This document shows, piece by piece, positions 1-12,700 of a stretch of 64,000 nt of DNA; positions within the stretch are counted from its first letter, which is position 1; every line of letters begins with the position of its first letter. The stretch is from Reclinomonas americana ATCC 50394 (Eukaryota), in contig PS015285.1 in assembly GCA_048213135.1 (NCBI GenBank), positions 8,904 through 72,903 of the forward strand. The letters are read 5' to 3'. The notes below the pieces were generated by a model. It did not search any database, was not told the DNA's origin, and was given only the letters and a program-made list of their open reading frames with translations. The translations under genes and the position numbers were made by a program.

Positions 1-647
1 GCAGCAGCAGCGAAGACCACCAAACCATGCTGGCAATGTACATTGTACCGGCGACTGTCGTCGATCCGTTCTGCTTCTTGGCGACAACCACAGCCAAGTC
101 ACGACGAGAGCACTTGACGACCTGCTCACGCGGCAACTGCGCCAATCGCCGCAGCTCGTCCTCGCCCAAGCCCACATGAATGACACCGTCCATGATCTGC
201 ATGACTCAAGCGCATGAGAACCGACCCGACAGACACGCGCGCGCGCGACAGACATGCGCAACAGCAATGGTAGCCGGCACAGCGCCTTCCTCGCGCACTG
301 CACGCTCCACACTGAGCGCAGTCTGCAGATTCTGCGGGTACGGCATTCCTGACAGAGAAAAGTCAATCACAATGCAATGACACACACATCGCAACACACA
401 GACCATGTGTGATAATAGTGCTCTCCAGTGCCACCACCGGCCGCGCCTGCATCAACGCCACATACACCTCCTCACGCACACGCAGCAACTCGCGCTCTCC
501 TCCTCCTCCTCCTCCTCCAGTGGCGCATGCAGGCGCGTCTGAGGCACCTGCGCGCGCACTCGGCCACACATGTCTCGCTATGCGCGCAGCACGTGCCACT
601 GACGAACTCGATACGTGTTGCAGCAAGCGACGAGACCACTCGCTCAT
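1..647 (-). CDS. psuG: Pseudouridine-5'-phosphate glycosidase (PsuG/IndA family), 3' part runs off the window
   Basis: Spliced translation: ...[60 protein letters not shown]...[25 protein letters not shown]. This matches the PsuG motifs [17 protein letters not shown], KxSRRD and GxTTVAxTM. Two GT-AG introns. The Arg/Ser-rich N-terminal extension makes the start codon uncertain. Confidence 0.93.
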
Positions 648-1352
648 CGCACGCAACTCTAGAANNNNNNNNNNNNNNNNNNNNNNNNNNNNNNNNNNNN
701 NNNNNNNNNNNNNNNNNNNNNNNNNNNNNNNNNNNNNNNNNNNNNNNNNNNNNNNNNNNNNNNNNNNNNNNNNNNNNNNNNNNNNNNNNNNNNNNNNNNN
801 NNNNNNNNNNNNNNNNNNNNNNNNNNNNNNNNNNNNNNNNNNNNNNNNNNNNNNNNNNNNNNNNNNNNNNNNNNNNNNNNNNNNNNNNNNNNNNNNNNNN
901 NNNNNNNNNNNNNNNNNNNNNNNNNNNNNNNNNNNNNNNNNNNNNNNNNNNNNNNNNNNNNNNNNNNNNNNNNNNNNNNNNNNNNNNNNNNNNNNNNNNN
1001 NNNNNNNNNNNNNNNNNNNNNNNNNNNNNNNNNNNNNNNNNNNNNNNNNNNNNNNNNNNNNNNNNNNNNNNNNNNNNNNNNNNNNNNNNNNNNNNNNNNN
1101 NNNNNNNNNNNNNNNNNNNNNNNNNNNNNNNNNNNNNNNNNNNNNNNNNNNNNNNNNNNNNNNNNNNNNNNNNNNNNNNNNNNNNNNNNNNNNNNNNNNN
1201 NNNNNNNNNNNNNNNNNNNNNNNNNNNNNNNNNNNNNNNNNNNNNNNNNNNNNNNNNNNNNNNNNNNNNNNNNNNNNNNNNNNNNNNNNNNNNNNNNNNN
1301 NNNNNNNNNNGACGAGCGTTCACTGTTGTTGTTGTTGTTTGTGTGCGGCCAG

Positions 1353-3247
1353 AGTTCTCCATGTCGTTGTACACGCCCGAACGCACGTGGTTCCTGCAGT
1401 TGCCGGATGTGGAGACGCGGCGACGATGGGTGGAGGCGATTGAGCGGGCCAAGGTGCGCCTGTCTTTTTGTGCCTCTCTCTCTCTGTGTGTTGAGGCGCT
1501 GAGTGAGGAGCGTGCAGATCGTCCATCGTGCTCGGGATGCGCGGACGGCACACGATCACAGCCTGTTGGAGCTGGCGTCGCGGCTGAATGAGCTGTTTGA
1601 CTCGTCGGTAACCATTGGGGTGCGTGTGACCTTGTGTGCGTGCGGCTACTGTGTCGCCTCTTGTTCTTATGTGCGACGCAGGTGGACTGGGAGAGCTTCC
1701 AGAACGCGAGTACGGTGTTGTCTGAGGGTCCGGGAGTGGTCTCCTTTGTGGAGAACGACATTGTCAAGCCCAGTTGCGTGTGTGTGTGTGTTTGTGTCAT
1801 TCGCTTCGGTTGTGCTGCTGCTCAGTGGTGCTGTAGTCCTGTCGATGGGTCGGTCGGGCAATGATGTGCTGTCGGCGTGGCAGGTGAGTGGCTTCTGTTC
1901 GTCATCATTCGCATGTTCGGCAATCACACATTTGCGCCATCCACACACAGCGTGAGCTCGACGCCAAGGTCGTACAAGGTGAGCGCAAGTGTTTCTCCGC
2001 CCTCATTCTACTGTCATGCTCATGGTTGTCCGGCCGTGGTAGGGGTGTATCGTGTCATGGTGCAGCATCGTGACACGGTCGGCGAGGCGCATCTGACGAG
2101 TACGTTTTCACCCGGCACACGCACCCTCTGCTGCATGTACCCGGAGGCAGAACTCGGTCGCAAGGTGCTGTTCGAGCTGCGATCCAAGGCGCCAGCGGTG
2201 CAGGTGCGTCGATGGGAACACATCTGTTTTAGGTGACATTTGAAAGCCTCATGTGCCTGAATGGTTGGGCGTGCAGACGTCGGTGAATGTGGCGGAAAAG
2301 GCCATTATCGACAGCGTACAAGACTTTTCTTCCTGCGTCGGTGCGCCGCTCTGCAAGGGAAGGGGGGAGAGGGTGGAACGGGACACTCATTTTCATGATT
2401 CGCATGTGCAGTGAATTTCCCGGTGACTGTGGATCGACCGTCGGTGCTCGACGCCGATGCACCAACACGCGCCGCTATTGTGCTCACCAATTTGGTCGTG
2501 CCGGCCTTGTTCGCTGCCATTGGCAGCTTTTGTGAATCACATCAGGAACTGGCGGTGCTCTTTTTCCGCGACACGCTCAAGGCGCTCAGGTGCGACTCCA
2601 CGCTCCCGTGATTGTAAAGAGATGCAGAGCTGACCCATGTCTCTTTTGTGTGTGTGTGCGCGCGCTCGTCAGCATTCGGCATGTGCAACTCCAAAGCATG
2701 CAGGCAGACGTGCCGTACCGCATGTCCCCGGACTACCGCGTGGAGATTCGCTACACCAGCGACGGTGCCGATCAGAATCGCATGGTTCCGGCGCAGGATG
2801 AGCTCGCGGCGTTTTTCGTACAGCAAGCCAGCAAGGTGTGGTCCATCTCGCTCGTCGCACCACATTCGCACGTGCGCTCCCTCACATGTGCACCGGTGCA
2901 TGTAGGCGACGCTGCGTTCTGCGGAGCCGTCTTCGCCGATAGTGTCCCCGTCGGGGTCGCGTCGCGAGTCGACCTCGCTCGACAGACGGCGCGACGAGCG
3001 GATATCACAGCTGGAGGCGCAAGTGAGCACGCTCACGTCCCAGTTGGAGGCGCAGGCGCGTGCCATTCAGGAGATGCACGAGGCCATGGCGTCGCTGCTG
3101 GCGCGACATGATTCGCGACCGTCGTCGAACGACTTTGGCAGCACGGAGGAGACGACGGCGGGCGAGTGCTCCACCAACCCACCAAGACCTCCAACGACCG
3201 ACACTGCCGCCGCGGCAGCTGCCGAGGACGCTGGCGAGTCGCCATGA
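1353..3247 (+). CDS. PH-domain protein with C-terminal coiled coil (5' end in gap)
   Basis: Exon FSMSLYTPERTWFLQLPDVETRRRWVEAIERAK is typical of a PH-domain C-terminal strand and helix. It is followed by about 8 spliced exons ending in RISQLEAQVSTLTSQLEAQARAIQEMHEAM...GESP*. Confidence 0.65.
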
Positions 3248-3328
3248 GCGGGGTGAAAAATGTGTGTCGAGAAAGAAAAAATAAGGGGAAAGAATGGTTT
3301 GGGTGAGGCGCGGCCAAGTGTACAATCG

Positions 3329-4451
3329 TCAATCGTTGAGTCGCAAATGCCTCGCCATCAGCCGATCCTCCTCCCGCAGCGCACGACCGCGCCTGTGCAA
3401 CAATGCAATCATGTCCACGGTGGCCGCAATGGTGAGCGTGCCGCCGAATACGCACGCCGCCAGATCGCTGCCATTCATCAGCAGACCCTGCACACGGCAT
3501 GGTCACCACCCGGAAAAACAACGACAACAACAATATAATCCATACGAACCATGACAGCCACCAACACATGCAACGCCGTGGGCGCCAGGAACGCCACGTA
3601 CCACCTCCTGCACTTGGTCATCATCTCAAACGTGAGCAGCGTCAGTCGCACATTGGCCAGCGCAAAGCCCAGCGCATTGAGCGACGCCGGAACAAGGAAC
3701 GGCATGACCTGGGAGGTGGTGAAAAGTGAGACCCGAGATCGAACGAGAAGAGAAGGGGGTAAGCTGAGGAAGGAAAAGGGTGAGTGAGTGAGAAGAGCAA
3801 GGGATACGCAGGAGGGGAATAAAGGAGGGAAAGAGTAGGAACAGCTGGGTGGAAGAGAAGGCAGAACACGTAACAGCTCCTGCAACCACCGGTGCCGCTC
3901 GGTAGTAGACGCCAGGACCAATCGCCGAGTCAAAGAGCACCGAGCCAAACATGCACAGACTGTGCGCAGCGCCAAAGCCCACACCCGCAGCCATGGCCGG
4001 CATTAGCGGATCGCCCAAGTCCGATCGATGCAGCGCCACTCCAAATCCCTTTTCCGTGCGCCTGACCACACAGAGACACAGAGACAGACAGAGAGCAAAG
4101 TGTCAACAAAGAGCACTGTCTCTCGCGCTTGTCACCACCTAGTCACCGGTACAAGACCACAAAGACAACACGCATGAGTTCTTGCAAGACAGCGCCAATG
4201 ATGAGCAGAGCAATGACCGAGGGAATGCCGGCCCACAGCACAGCCGAGGCCAGCACAGCCAGTGTGGCACAGAATGCACTGCGCACACTATGAGTGCACG
4301 TGCATGACAAAGCGCAAGCACAAGAGAGAAAGACGCACCCACTGACACACACAATGACCATGGGTGGAAACGGCAAGACAAAGCCGAGAAAGAGCGCAAT
4401 GAGTGGTCCATAGGCGATGAGACCGGCGCCAATGAGAAGCGCCCACGCCAT
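3329..4451 (-). CDS. APH1: Gamma-secretase subunit APH-1
   Basis: MAWALLIGAGLIAYGPLIALF..., QELMR, AAGVGFGAAHS and GPG motifs; multi-TM hydrophobic pattern; last exon ends ...RHLRLND*. Confidence 0.85.
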
Positions 4452-4512
4452 CTAATCGTTTTGATACGAATTTCATCGATTCATCATGCGTTTTCATTCG
4501 TGTTTCGTGCAA

Positions 4513-4827
4513 ATGGCGTCGGGCAGTGGCGCCGTCGCGGAGGAGTCGCATGGACTGTTGGCGGTGCCGTCGGTGCCAACGCGACTGTACTTGACGCGTC
4601 GTTGAGTATATCTCTATGTCTATGTGTGCTTGGTATTTCCGCACACACAGAGGGAGAAGGAGAAGGGATAAAGTCGACGCCTGGATGACTCTAGGCGCAG
4701 GATAGAGGCGATGGAACCTCCCCATCTCTCTCCAGAACACACACACGCACACAGAACACATGCACAAATCGTCTCATGCACACTTTCTCTCACACACACA
4801 GCACACTCTCACTCACTCACCCACTCA

Positions 4828-4915
<88 letters not shown>

Positions 4916-7900
4916 GTNNNNNNNNNNNNNNNNNNNNCTTCCCCCTGTGGTGTCGTCGTCCTTTGCTCATGCGAGAGAGAACAGTCGCCACCGGCGACGC
5001 GGCCCACTGGTGGATCCGGGTTGACAGTGTCGACAGACTTTCCCATGTCGCCCATGTCGCGGCCGCGCAGCAGCAGTACGCACTCGATTGGGAGTTTCAC
5101 AGCGCCACACACGCCCAAGATCCACTACTACCTGGAGCCGACGGTGCCGGACTCGCCCAGTTGAGTCTCTCTCTCTCTCCCTTCGCCAACTCTCGCTCGT
5201 CTCTGACTCGCGTGGCCACGCAGAGACGGTGGTGCGTGTGTCGATGAGGAATGGTGAGCTGTTGGGCGGCGTGGTGGACCAGGGTGGGCTCGGCGACTCG
5301 TCGTTTGAGAGTGGAGCCATGCGGTTCGGCTCCGAGAGTGGCGACTTGATGAGTCCGCCGCCCGTGGGCGACGATGGCGAAGGACCAGTTGCGTGTCTTT
5401 GATCCCCGACTGACTTTACTTTGTCCGCTCATCCCCTCCTGATCAGCGAGGAGTGGGTCGTGGGGCCACAGACCGGAGTACGTGGTTGGCGCGAGCCATG
5501 AAGAAGCATCCGGACATGTTGCTGCTCCGCGAACGGCTGAGACCCATCAGTCGACATCCATCGTTCACGGTTGCGCCGTCGCTGCTGCAACCGCCAAAGC
5601 ACGCACACCATCTCGATGCGGAGGTGGGCGGAGCGTCGGGAAGTGGTGTGGGCGAGTTTCGTGGGCGCCTCCCAAACTGCCCGAGAAAATCGTGTTCTTC
5701 TCCTTCTTCTTATTCTCATCGGCGGCTCTGCGTAGTTTTGATGCGTCGCCCACGGAGGTGGCAGGACCGCCAGTGATCAGACCACCGCAGCGTTGCGTTG
5801 TGCACGTTCGTGGTGGTGGCGCGCACACACGTACCAAGCCTCATGTGTTTTGCGCCATGTGCAGAACGCGGTCTGACCGAGGTGCCGAATTACTTGAACC
5901 AGCGCACCCTTCTGCAGCTCATCATGGACCACCTGTCGGTGTGCAACCACAATACCACGCGCAAGGTCCTGGAGGAGGAGAGCGGCATGAAATGTGCGTG
6001 GCTGCTCCGTCGTCGATGCGTGTCCTTTCTGTGTCCAACCCCTCTCCCTGTAGTTGAGACGAGCACCACGGTGGCCAACATCAGTCCACTGAAGCTGCTG
6101 CTGCAAATGGGCGTGCCCGACGTCAACTCGATCTTTGATCCCAGCAAGGGTTCCACTGGTTTGACCATTTTTGGTGCCTCTTGCTTACTCACTCGGTCCT
6201 CGCCACTCATGTCGGTCCGCAGATCCCACGCTGCAGCGCAATGTGCCGCTGCTGGCCGGTGGCGGTGTGGAGGGCGAGATTCGTGATGGCTTGGTGATCA
6301 CGAGTTCTGTGTTGTCGCGTGGAAGCGAGGAGGCGGAAGACGAACGATTGGAGGACATGGAGGAGGCGCAGCGCGACGAGCTGCGACCTTTCTGGGACGA
6401 AGAGTTGAACGACGACAGTGGTATCTGCTACATGGAGAATGCGCCGGCGAGCGCCGACGGTCAGCCCGTCAAGGGCGGCTCGCTCAACAAGCTGGTGGAG
6501 AAGCTCACCTCACCCGGCAAACCCGGTGCGTGTGCGATGTGATGATGGTCTCTCTGCTATTGATGCCACAACTCACTCCCTTTTCGCTGTCACACAGAAC
6601 CGAAATACGTCAAGGTGTTGTCGCCTCGCATTCTGTCGACCTGTTCTTGTCTCTCGCTCATGTTTCTTTGTGGTTGTCTCTCCTTGCCAGACTTTCCTGG
6701 TCACCTACCGCTCGTTCTGCACACCAGAACGCCTGTTGCAGAAGCTCATTGAGCGGTGCGTGAGGAACTGGGATTTCTCTTGCTTACAACCCGTGCTCAT
6801 GTTTTTTCCAGCTTCAATGTGCCCGACTGGCACCCGGCGATGAAAGTGTCGGTGGACGATTACAACAGCCACCGACAGCACATTCAGCTGCGTGTCGGCA
6901 GCGTGTTGAAACAGTGGATGGACAATTTTGCGGCTGATTTTAATCAGAGTCTTGTTGCGTCGCGCTTATCCCCCCTGTCTCCCTCGCTACCTGCCTCTAT
7001 TGACCTGTACCCTCCGTTTTGATTCCCGCAGGCCAAGACGCTGAGTATCTTTATCGACACGACGCTGTCGCAAGTGGATTCTGTGAAGACACTGGCCAAG
7101 TCTCTGCGCGGGCTCCTCGACAAGAAGCTGCTGGGCCAGTCGCGCAACATTTCCGAGACGCACTTCTCGCAGACACCACCCGATCCGATCATCCCGCGCA
7201 ACATCTTCTCGCCGACGCTCTCCATCTGGGATCTGGACGACGAAGAGCTGGCGCGTCAGATCACGCTCTCCGAGTCCGAGTACTTTAGGCGCATTCAGGT
7301 GAGTCGCTCGCTCGTCCTCGAATGATATCTCCACGGTACCTAAAAATCCCCCACTCGGCACGCGCAGGCTTCCGAGCTGCTGAACCAGGCGTGGAACAAG
7401 CCGAAGTTGCGCCATCGCTCTCCGAACGTGCTGTCCATGATCGACCGCTTCAATCGCATCTCGAACTGGGTGGCGCGCTCCATTCTCGAACACGAGACTC
7501 TGCGGCAACGCCGTCCGAAGCTGCACCTCTTTATTCGCTTGTTGGGAGTTGCGTGTGTGTGTGTGTGTGTGTCATGTGACGTTGCGTGCGCTCACTGCCG
7601 CACAGCATTTGCGTGCCCTCAACAACTACAACTCGGTGCTGTCGGTGCTCGCCGGCTTGCAAATGTCGTCGGTGCATCGACTGAAGCACACGTGGGACGA
7701 CATGCCGAAGAATCTCACCAAGGTACAGCAGTGGAAAAGCTGTGCTTCTTGTGTGTGCCCTCGTGCTCACGCAGCATGCAGATCTACGAGGAGATTTGCA
7801 CATTGATGAACGCCCACCAGTCCTTCAAGAACTACCGTGAGAGCATTCACGGCATCAATCCACCATGTGTGCCGTACCTGTTGCGTTTGTTTCATACCGT

Positions 7901-8434
7901 GTATCTCTGACCGTGGTTGGGAGGCGGTGCTGACTGGCACTCACCACGCAGCGGCGTGTACCTTACCGATCTTACGTTTATCGAGGACGGCAATCCCGAC
8001 TTTGTCAAGTTTGGCGAGCGCACTCTGATCAACTGGGTACGCCTCGTGATGTGTGTACCACGCATGGGAGGCGTCCAACTCACTCACTCCGTGGCCGTGC
8101 AGGTGAAGCGCAGTCTGCTGGTCAATGTCATTGTCGAAATCAAGCTGGTTTGTCGTCTCCCCACCGCCCTCCTCCCTCCTCCTCCCCATCACTCACTGTC
8201 GCGCGCACCCACAGTACCAAGACAAGCCCTACTCGCTGCTCCGCATTCACCAAATCCAACAAGTTCTCGAATCCACCGTCATGCAAGACTGCCTCAACGA
8301 GGACATGCTGTACACTACATCACTCAAGCGCGAACCAGTTTCGTTTGTTTCCCCCGCAGCGCGCCCTTCCCTCGTTTCCTCTACTCACTTGCACACCTCG
8401 ACAGCGTGGCGCACCGCGAGAAAATATCCTGTAA
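4513..8434 (+). CDS. LisH + RasGEF_N + CDC25 RasGEF protein (Dictyostelium Aimless/RasGEF-like architecture)
   Basis: LisH-like LLQLIMDHLSVCNHNTTRKVLEEESG; REM motif VKGGSLNKLVEKLT..TFLVTYRSFCTPERLLQKLIERF; CDC25 motifs ELARQITL, HLRALNNYNS, PPCVPYL|GVYLTDLTFIEDGNPD, SLKREP. N-terminal exons are uncertain because of a gap at about 4918-4937. Confidence 0.9.
4829..4913. repeat. (CA)n microsatellite
   Basis: About 40 perfect CA units ending a few bases before an assembly gap. Confidence 0.95.
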
Positions 8435-8530
8435 GACTGCAGAGACAAGCACAAAACGAAGTGAACCTTGGGAGGGTTGAGATGCGGAAATTCCCTTCTT
8501 TTCATTCTTGTTGTTGTGTGTTTGCGCAAA

Positions 8531-9345
8531 ATGTTTGCTGGTCTCTGGCGCGCCTATGCTCAATTCACCGAGCGCAATCCACTCGGAAGCAAGATGGTCT
8601 TGTCTGGCACTCTGTGGGTGCTCGGCGACACCATCTCGCAGTCTCTGGAGCGTGCCTATGCGCCCCCCAGGTGTGAGCAAGAGAGAAACACGCGGAGAAA
8701 TGATGACATTGTGTTGCTCACTGTGTTGCCTCTTTGCCTGCATGCGCTCTCTCCCTCGTGCAGTGAGACACAAGGTGAGCTTTCTCACAGCACATGCACT
8801 CACATACACTCTCTCTCACGCTCTTCTCGCGCGTGTCAAAGGGTTCGATTTCATGCGGACTCTGCGCTCGGCCTTCTTTGGTGCCTGTGTGTGGGCACCT
8901 CTCGGTCACAAGTGGTACGGCCTGCTTGATCGATGGGTAAAGGGCGCTCCGCATCTCAACACTGTGCAATCACTGATCTTGGACCAGGTGCTGCTGCTTC
9001 CTGTTGTTGTTGTCTTTTTTGAGTTGTTCCGACCCTAATGATGACCATTGCCTGTGTGTGTAGGGTGCTTTCGCGCCTTTCTTCTTGGCGACTCTGTTCA
9101 CTGTCATGACGTTGCTGCAAGGCGGCTCGCCTAGTGATGCCGCCAACAAGGTCAAGAGCGATCTCGTGCCGACTGTGCTCACCAACTGGACCGTGTGGAT
9201 TCCCGTGCAAATTCTCAATCTCACCAAGGTCCCCGTGCAGCAGCGTGTGGCCGTCATCAATGTGGTCGCTGTGCCGTGGAATGCCTTCCTTTGCTGGAAG
9301 AGTAATCGCTCTCGTACCACCGAGAAGCAGCCGCCAGCGGAATAA
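8531..9345 (+). CDS. MPV17: Mpv17/PMP22 family membrane protein (MPV17/Sym1-like)
   Basis: MFAGLWRAYAQFTERNPLGSKMVLSGTLWVLGDTISQ..FDFMRTLR..APLGHKWYGLLDR..LDQGAFAP..NWTVWIPVQILNLTKVPVQQRVAVINVVAVPWNAFL. Includes an 11-nt exon at 8764-8774. Confidence 0.88.
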
Positions 9346-9719
9346 GCGCGACGTAATGGAATGTGGTGGCAATGGTTTTCTTTTTTGTCTGAACGGAATG
9401 AGTGTATCAATGCCCAGAGACAACCGCTGTCCCCGTCCGCCCCACAACACACGCACTCGCACCATCTCAAAAAAGAAACAGCGAAGGGGAGTCACGACAC
9501 GGAATAGTGACAAGGCCGAAAATTAAGAAATGGGAGGACACCAAAAAAAGCAGCACTCACAACACGACCAGATGCACACATACACACACGTACACACACG
9601 GAGGGAAAGAGGTGAAAAGGGGAGCAAAAAGAAAAAGAGAAGAAAGATTGCGGCCGGCTCAAGCACAGCAGGTGGCGAGGCGGCTGGGCGTGTTCAGCGA
9701 AGAGGTGTTGTCGCTTGGA

Positions 9720-12700
9720 TTAGAACACGTCACCGGTGCTGGCAATCTTGACTGCGGTTGTGCACACACACAAACATCACGAGGAGTGAGAAGACCTGTG
9801 CGCGCGACAGAGCAAATCAAGAACAATGCAAAACGCAACTGGGCGGATCGCCAGTCTGCGGGCTGCGTTCATGGGAAAATCACAACGCATGAGCGAATGC
9901 GCGCCAACAGAGAAGAGACGACGATGACAACAAGAACAACAACAACAACGCACCGGTGCTGGAAGGCCAGGTAGCGGCCAGCAGCCCAGGTGCCACCCTC
10001 CAGAAGCCTGCGATGGAGCGGGTGGTTTTTGAGTGTGCGGGAGACATGACATACTGGAGGAGAACGACAGAAACGCAACTTGGGCAGCGGCAGCTCGTGC
10101 TGGCTCACACCCAGACGCTGGTGCACAATCTTCTCGAGCTCGTCGAGCAGGGCAATGGTCAGCGCACGCCACTCCACCACCAACTCGTCACCAGTGTTGT
10201 AGGTCTTGTTCAGGACCTCGCGCGGGTTCTTCGGGATGAGCACGCCGGCATCGATGAACAGACCACCGTTGCTGCAAGGGTAGCACACAGTCAGTCATCA
10301 ATCACTTCACACGCCACGGACACGACGGACGGACGGACGGACGGCAGGCCAGCCAACTCACCGGTACTCCGGCAGGCCAGTGAGCTGCCACCTGTTGTTG
10401 GAGACGAATTACAAATGCAGCATTCAGCAACGGGTGAGACACGCAGTGTGTGCGATTGTGTGACTCACGTGTCGACCAGACGCACGCCAAATCCGTTGAG
10501 GATCTCCAGCAGCGAGTAAGTCACCCACTGCGTGAGCTTGTGGAACGGCACGTACGAGTCGGGCGAGCCAGGCGGGCCCAGCGCAGAGTGCGTCCACTGC
10601 GTGCAACAGTGAGCCACAGCGCCATGGATTGAGAGCGGGTGAGACGGGGAGAAGGAGAAGACGCAACGGTGTCGCCGAGGTGAGTGCCAGTCGGGTCTGC
10701 CGTCGTACACCACGAGTGAGCAACAGGGGAGGGTGCACCACGCTAACCATACAATGCCTACTCACCAGGGAACACGTCGCCAAAGCCCTCCACGACGGCG
10801 GCCCACAGGACCTTGACCGAGGCGTAGCGCTTCTGCGAGTCGGTGACCTGCAAGCACGAGGCATTTAGCATACCCGGAAAAACAGCACTGGAGTGCGTGC
10901 ACACACAGACGCAACATGGTGCAGAATGTAATCGAGCAGGTAGCCCGGGCGGCACACGCCACTGCCCTGACCACTGAAGATCTCCGGCTTGGACTCAAGA
11001 GCCTGGCCGAGGCGGCGCAGCATGTTCACACGGCCCTCCACGCCAATCAGCGGGTTCTCGGCGGTGACCTGGTAGGCGCGCTCGAGATCCTCGACCGTGA
11101 TGGTCTTCAGGCGCTTCGAGTCCGCAATCTGTCGCCCGCGGAGAGCACGCGTGAGTAGGTGGAACCGACTGGGAGATGGTGTACACACACACACAGAACA
11201 AACCTGCGAGCCGTCAGACGACAGGCCACCGTGGCGGAACCAGTCGTACGAGGCAATGCCGAGACCCTCCGAGCTGTCAAAAACAGTGGTGGTGAGTGGC
11301 AAGACAAGGCGAGAAAATCGAATGAACAACCCGAACCGAGTGAAGAAGCGACCACCAGCGTACTCCTTGTCTTGGTAAGCCCACTTGGCGCCGGCACCGG
11401 CGTCAGTCAGCACCGACGGCACGACGAGGTCGATCAGGCGACGGGTTTGCTCCAGCGACGGGATCTGCGTGTGGCACAGATAGTGCGTGAGAGGAATACT
11501 CAGGAAACTCTTCCCGACTGCAACAAGACGCACGCGCTGGGATCGCCAGGTGGCCTCGAGCTCGCCGACACGGTTCACGCCACCAGCCTCAAACTGGCGG
11601 AAGCGCGAGTGCAGCGGGATGTTGGTGATCGGACCAGGGTAACGACGGGCAGTGACCTGCAGCACCAGCGAGGCCACATCCTCCATCCTGCACACACATT
11701 TGAGTGAACAGCGTCTCGTGCCCTTTGGCGCATCGGCAGCACGCAACTTGCTCATGTCGATCGAAAAGTGCGTCAGCTTGTCCTGCATGGCCAGGTCGAA
11801 GAGCTTGTGCGAGCGGGCGCGCACATTCTGCGCCGCACAGAGAGTCAGAGGGAGAAAGCGGAGCGAGATGACATCGCGATAGAGACACACCTCGAGCTTC
11901 CAGAGATCGCGGACAAGGGCGTCCTCGGTCTTCGGAGCAAAGCCGGCGTAGCCCTGCACCACACACGCCATTATAAGCAAGCGATTCGAGAAAAACGAGC
12001 ACAACAGCGGAGGTGACGACGAAACACTGGCAATCTTGGCGGAGATCTCGACAAAGGCACCCGGCGGCACCAGCTCCTCCGGGAGACTCTCGCGATTCAC
12101 CACCTCAATACCAGCGCCCACGATAGCCTCGTACCTGCAAGCAAGTAAAGATGAGAAAAAGAGGCTGCGGAGAGTCGAATAGGATGAGGTGCACGTACTT
12201 GTCCTTGGACATGGACAGCAGACGATCGCTGCACATCGAGAACAAAAGAGCCATACATGAGCGTGCGCCGAGATCAGCAAATACACAAGACACGAAACAT
12301 CTTCTTGACTCCTGCAAGCAGGTGCCATCGACAATGAAACGGGCAGTGAGCAACGAGTACTTCACGTGTGCTGAGCGCACAGCAGGAGGCAAACTCACCG
12401 AGCCACAGCAGCGGGTCGGGCATCAGCTCCTGCACACGGGCGTCGACGACACCAGCAATGTTCTCGGTCTGCTGGAAGTACCTGCGCGCATTCGCCAAGG
12501 TACACGGCGAGTTAGTCATTCCGTCACGATCGCCAAGAACCCCGCACAAAGGCTTATTGCTACGCAACGACTCCGGACGGTCACCGCCCTTCTGGTAGCG
12601 GCGGCTGTTGTACACGCTGTGCAAGGGGAAACAAGAGCGTTTGAGATTGCGCTGCTCAGCGTCATTATATGGCAGAAACACACGTGTACGTACCGGAACT

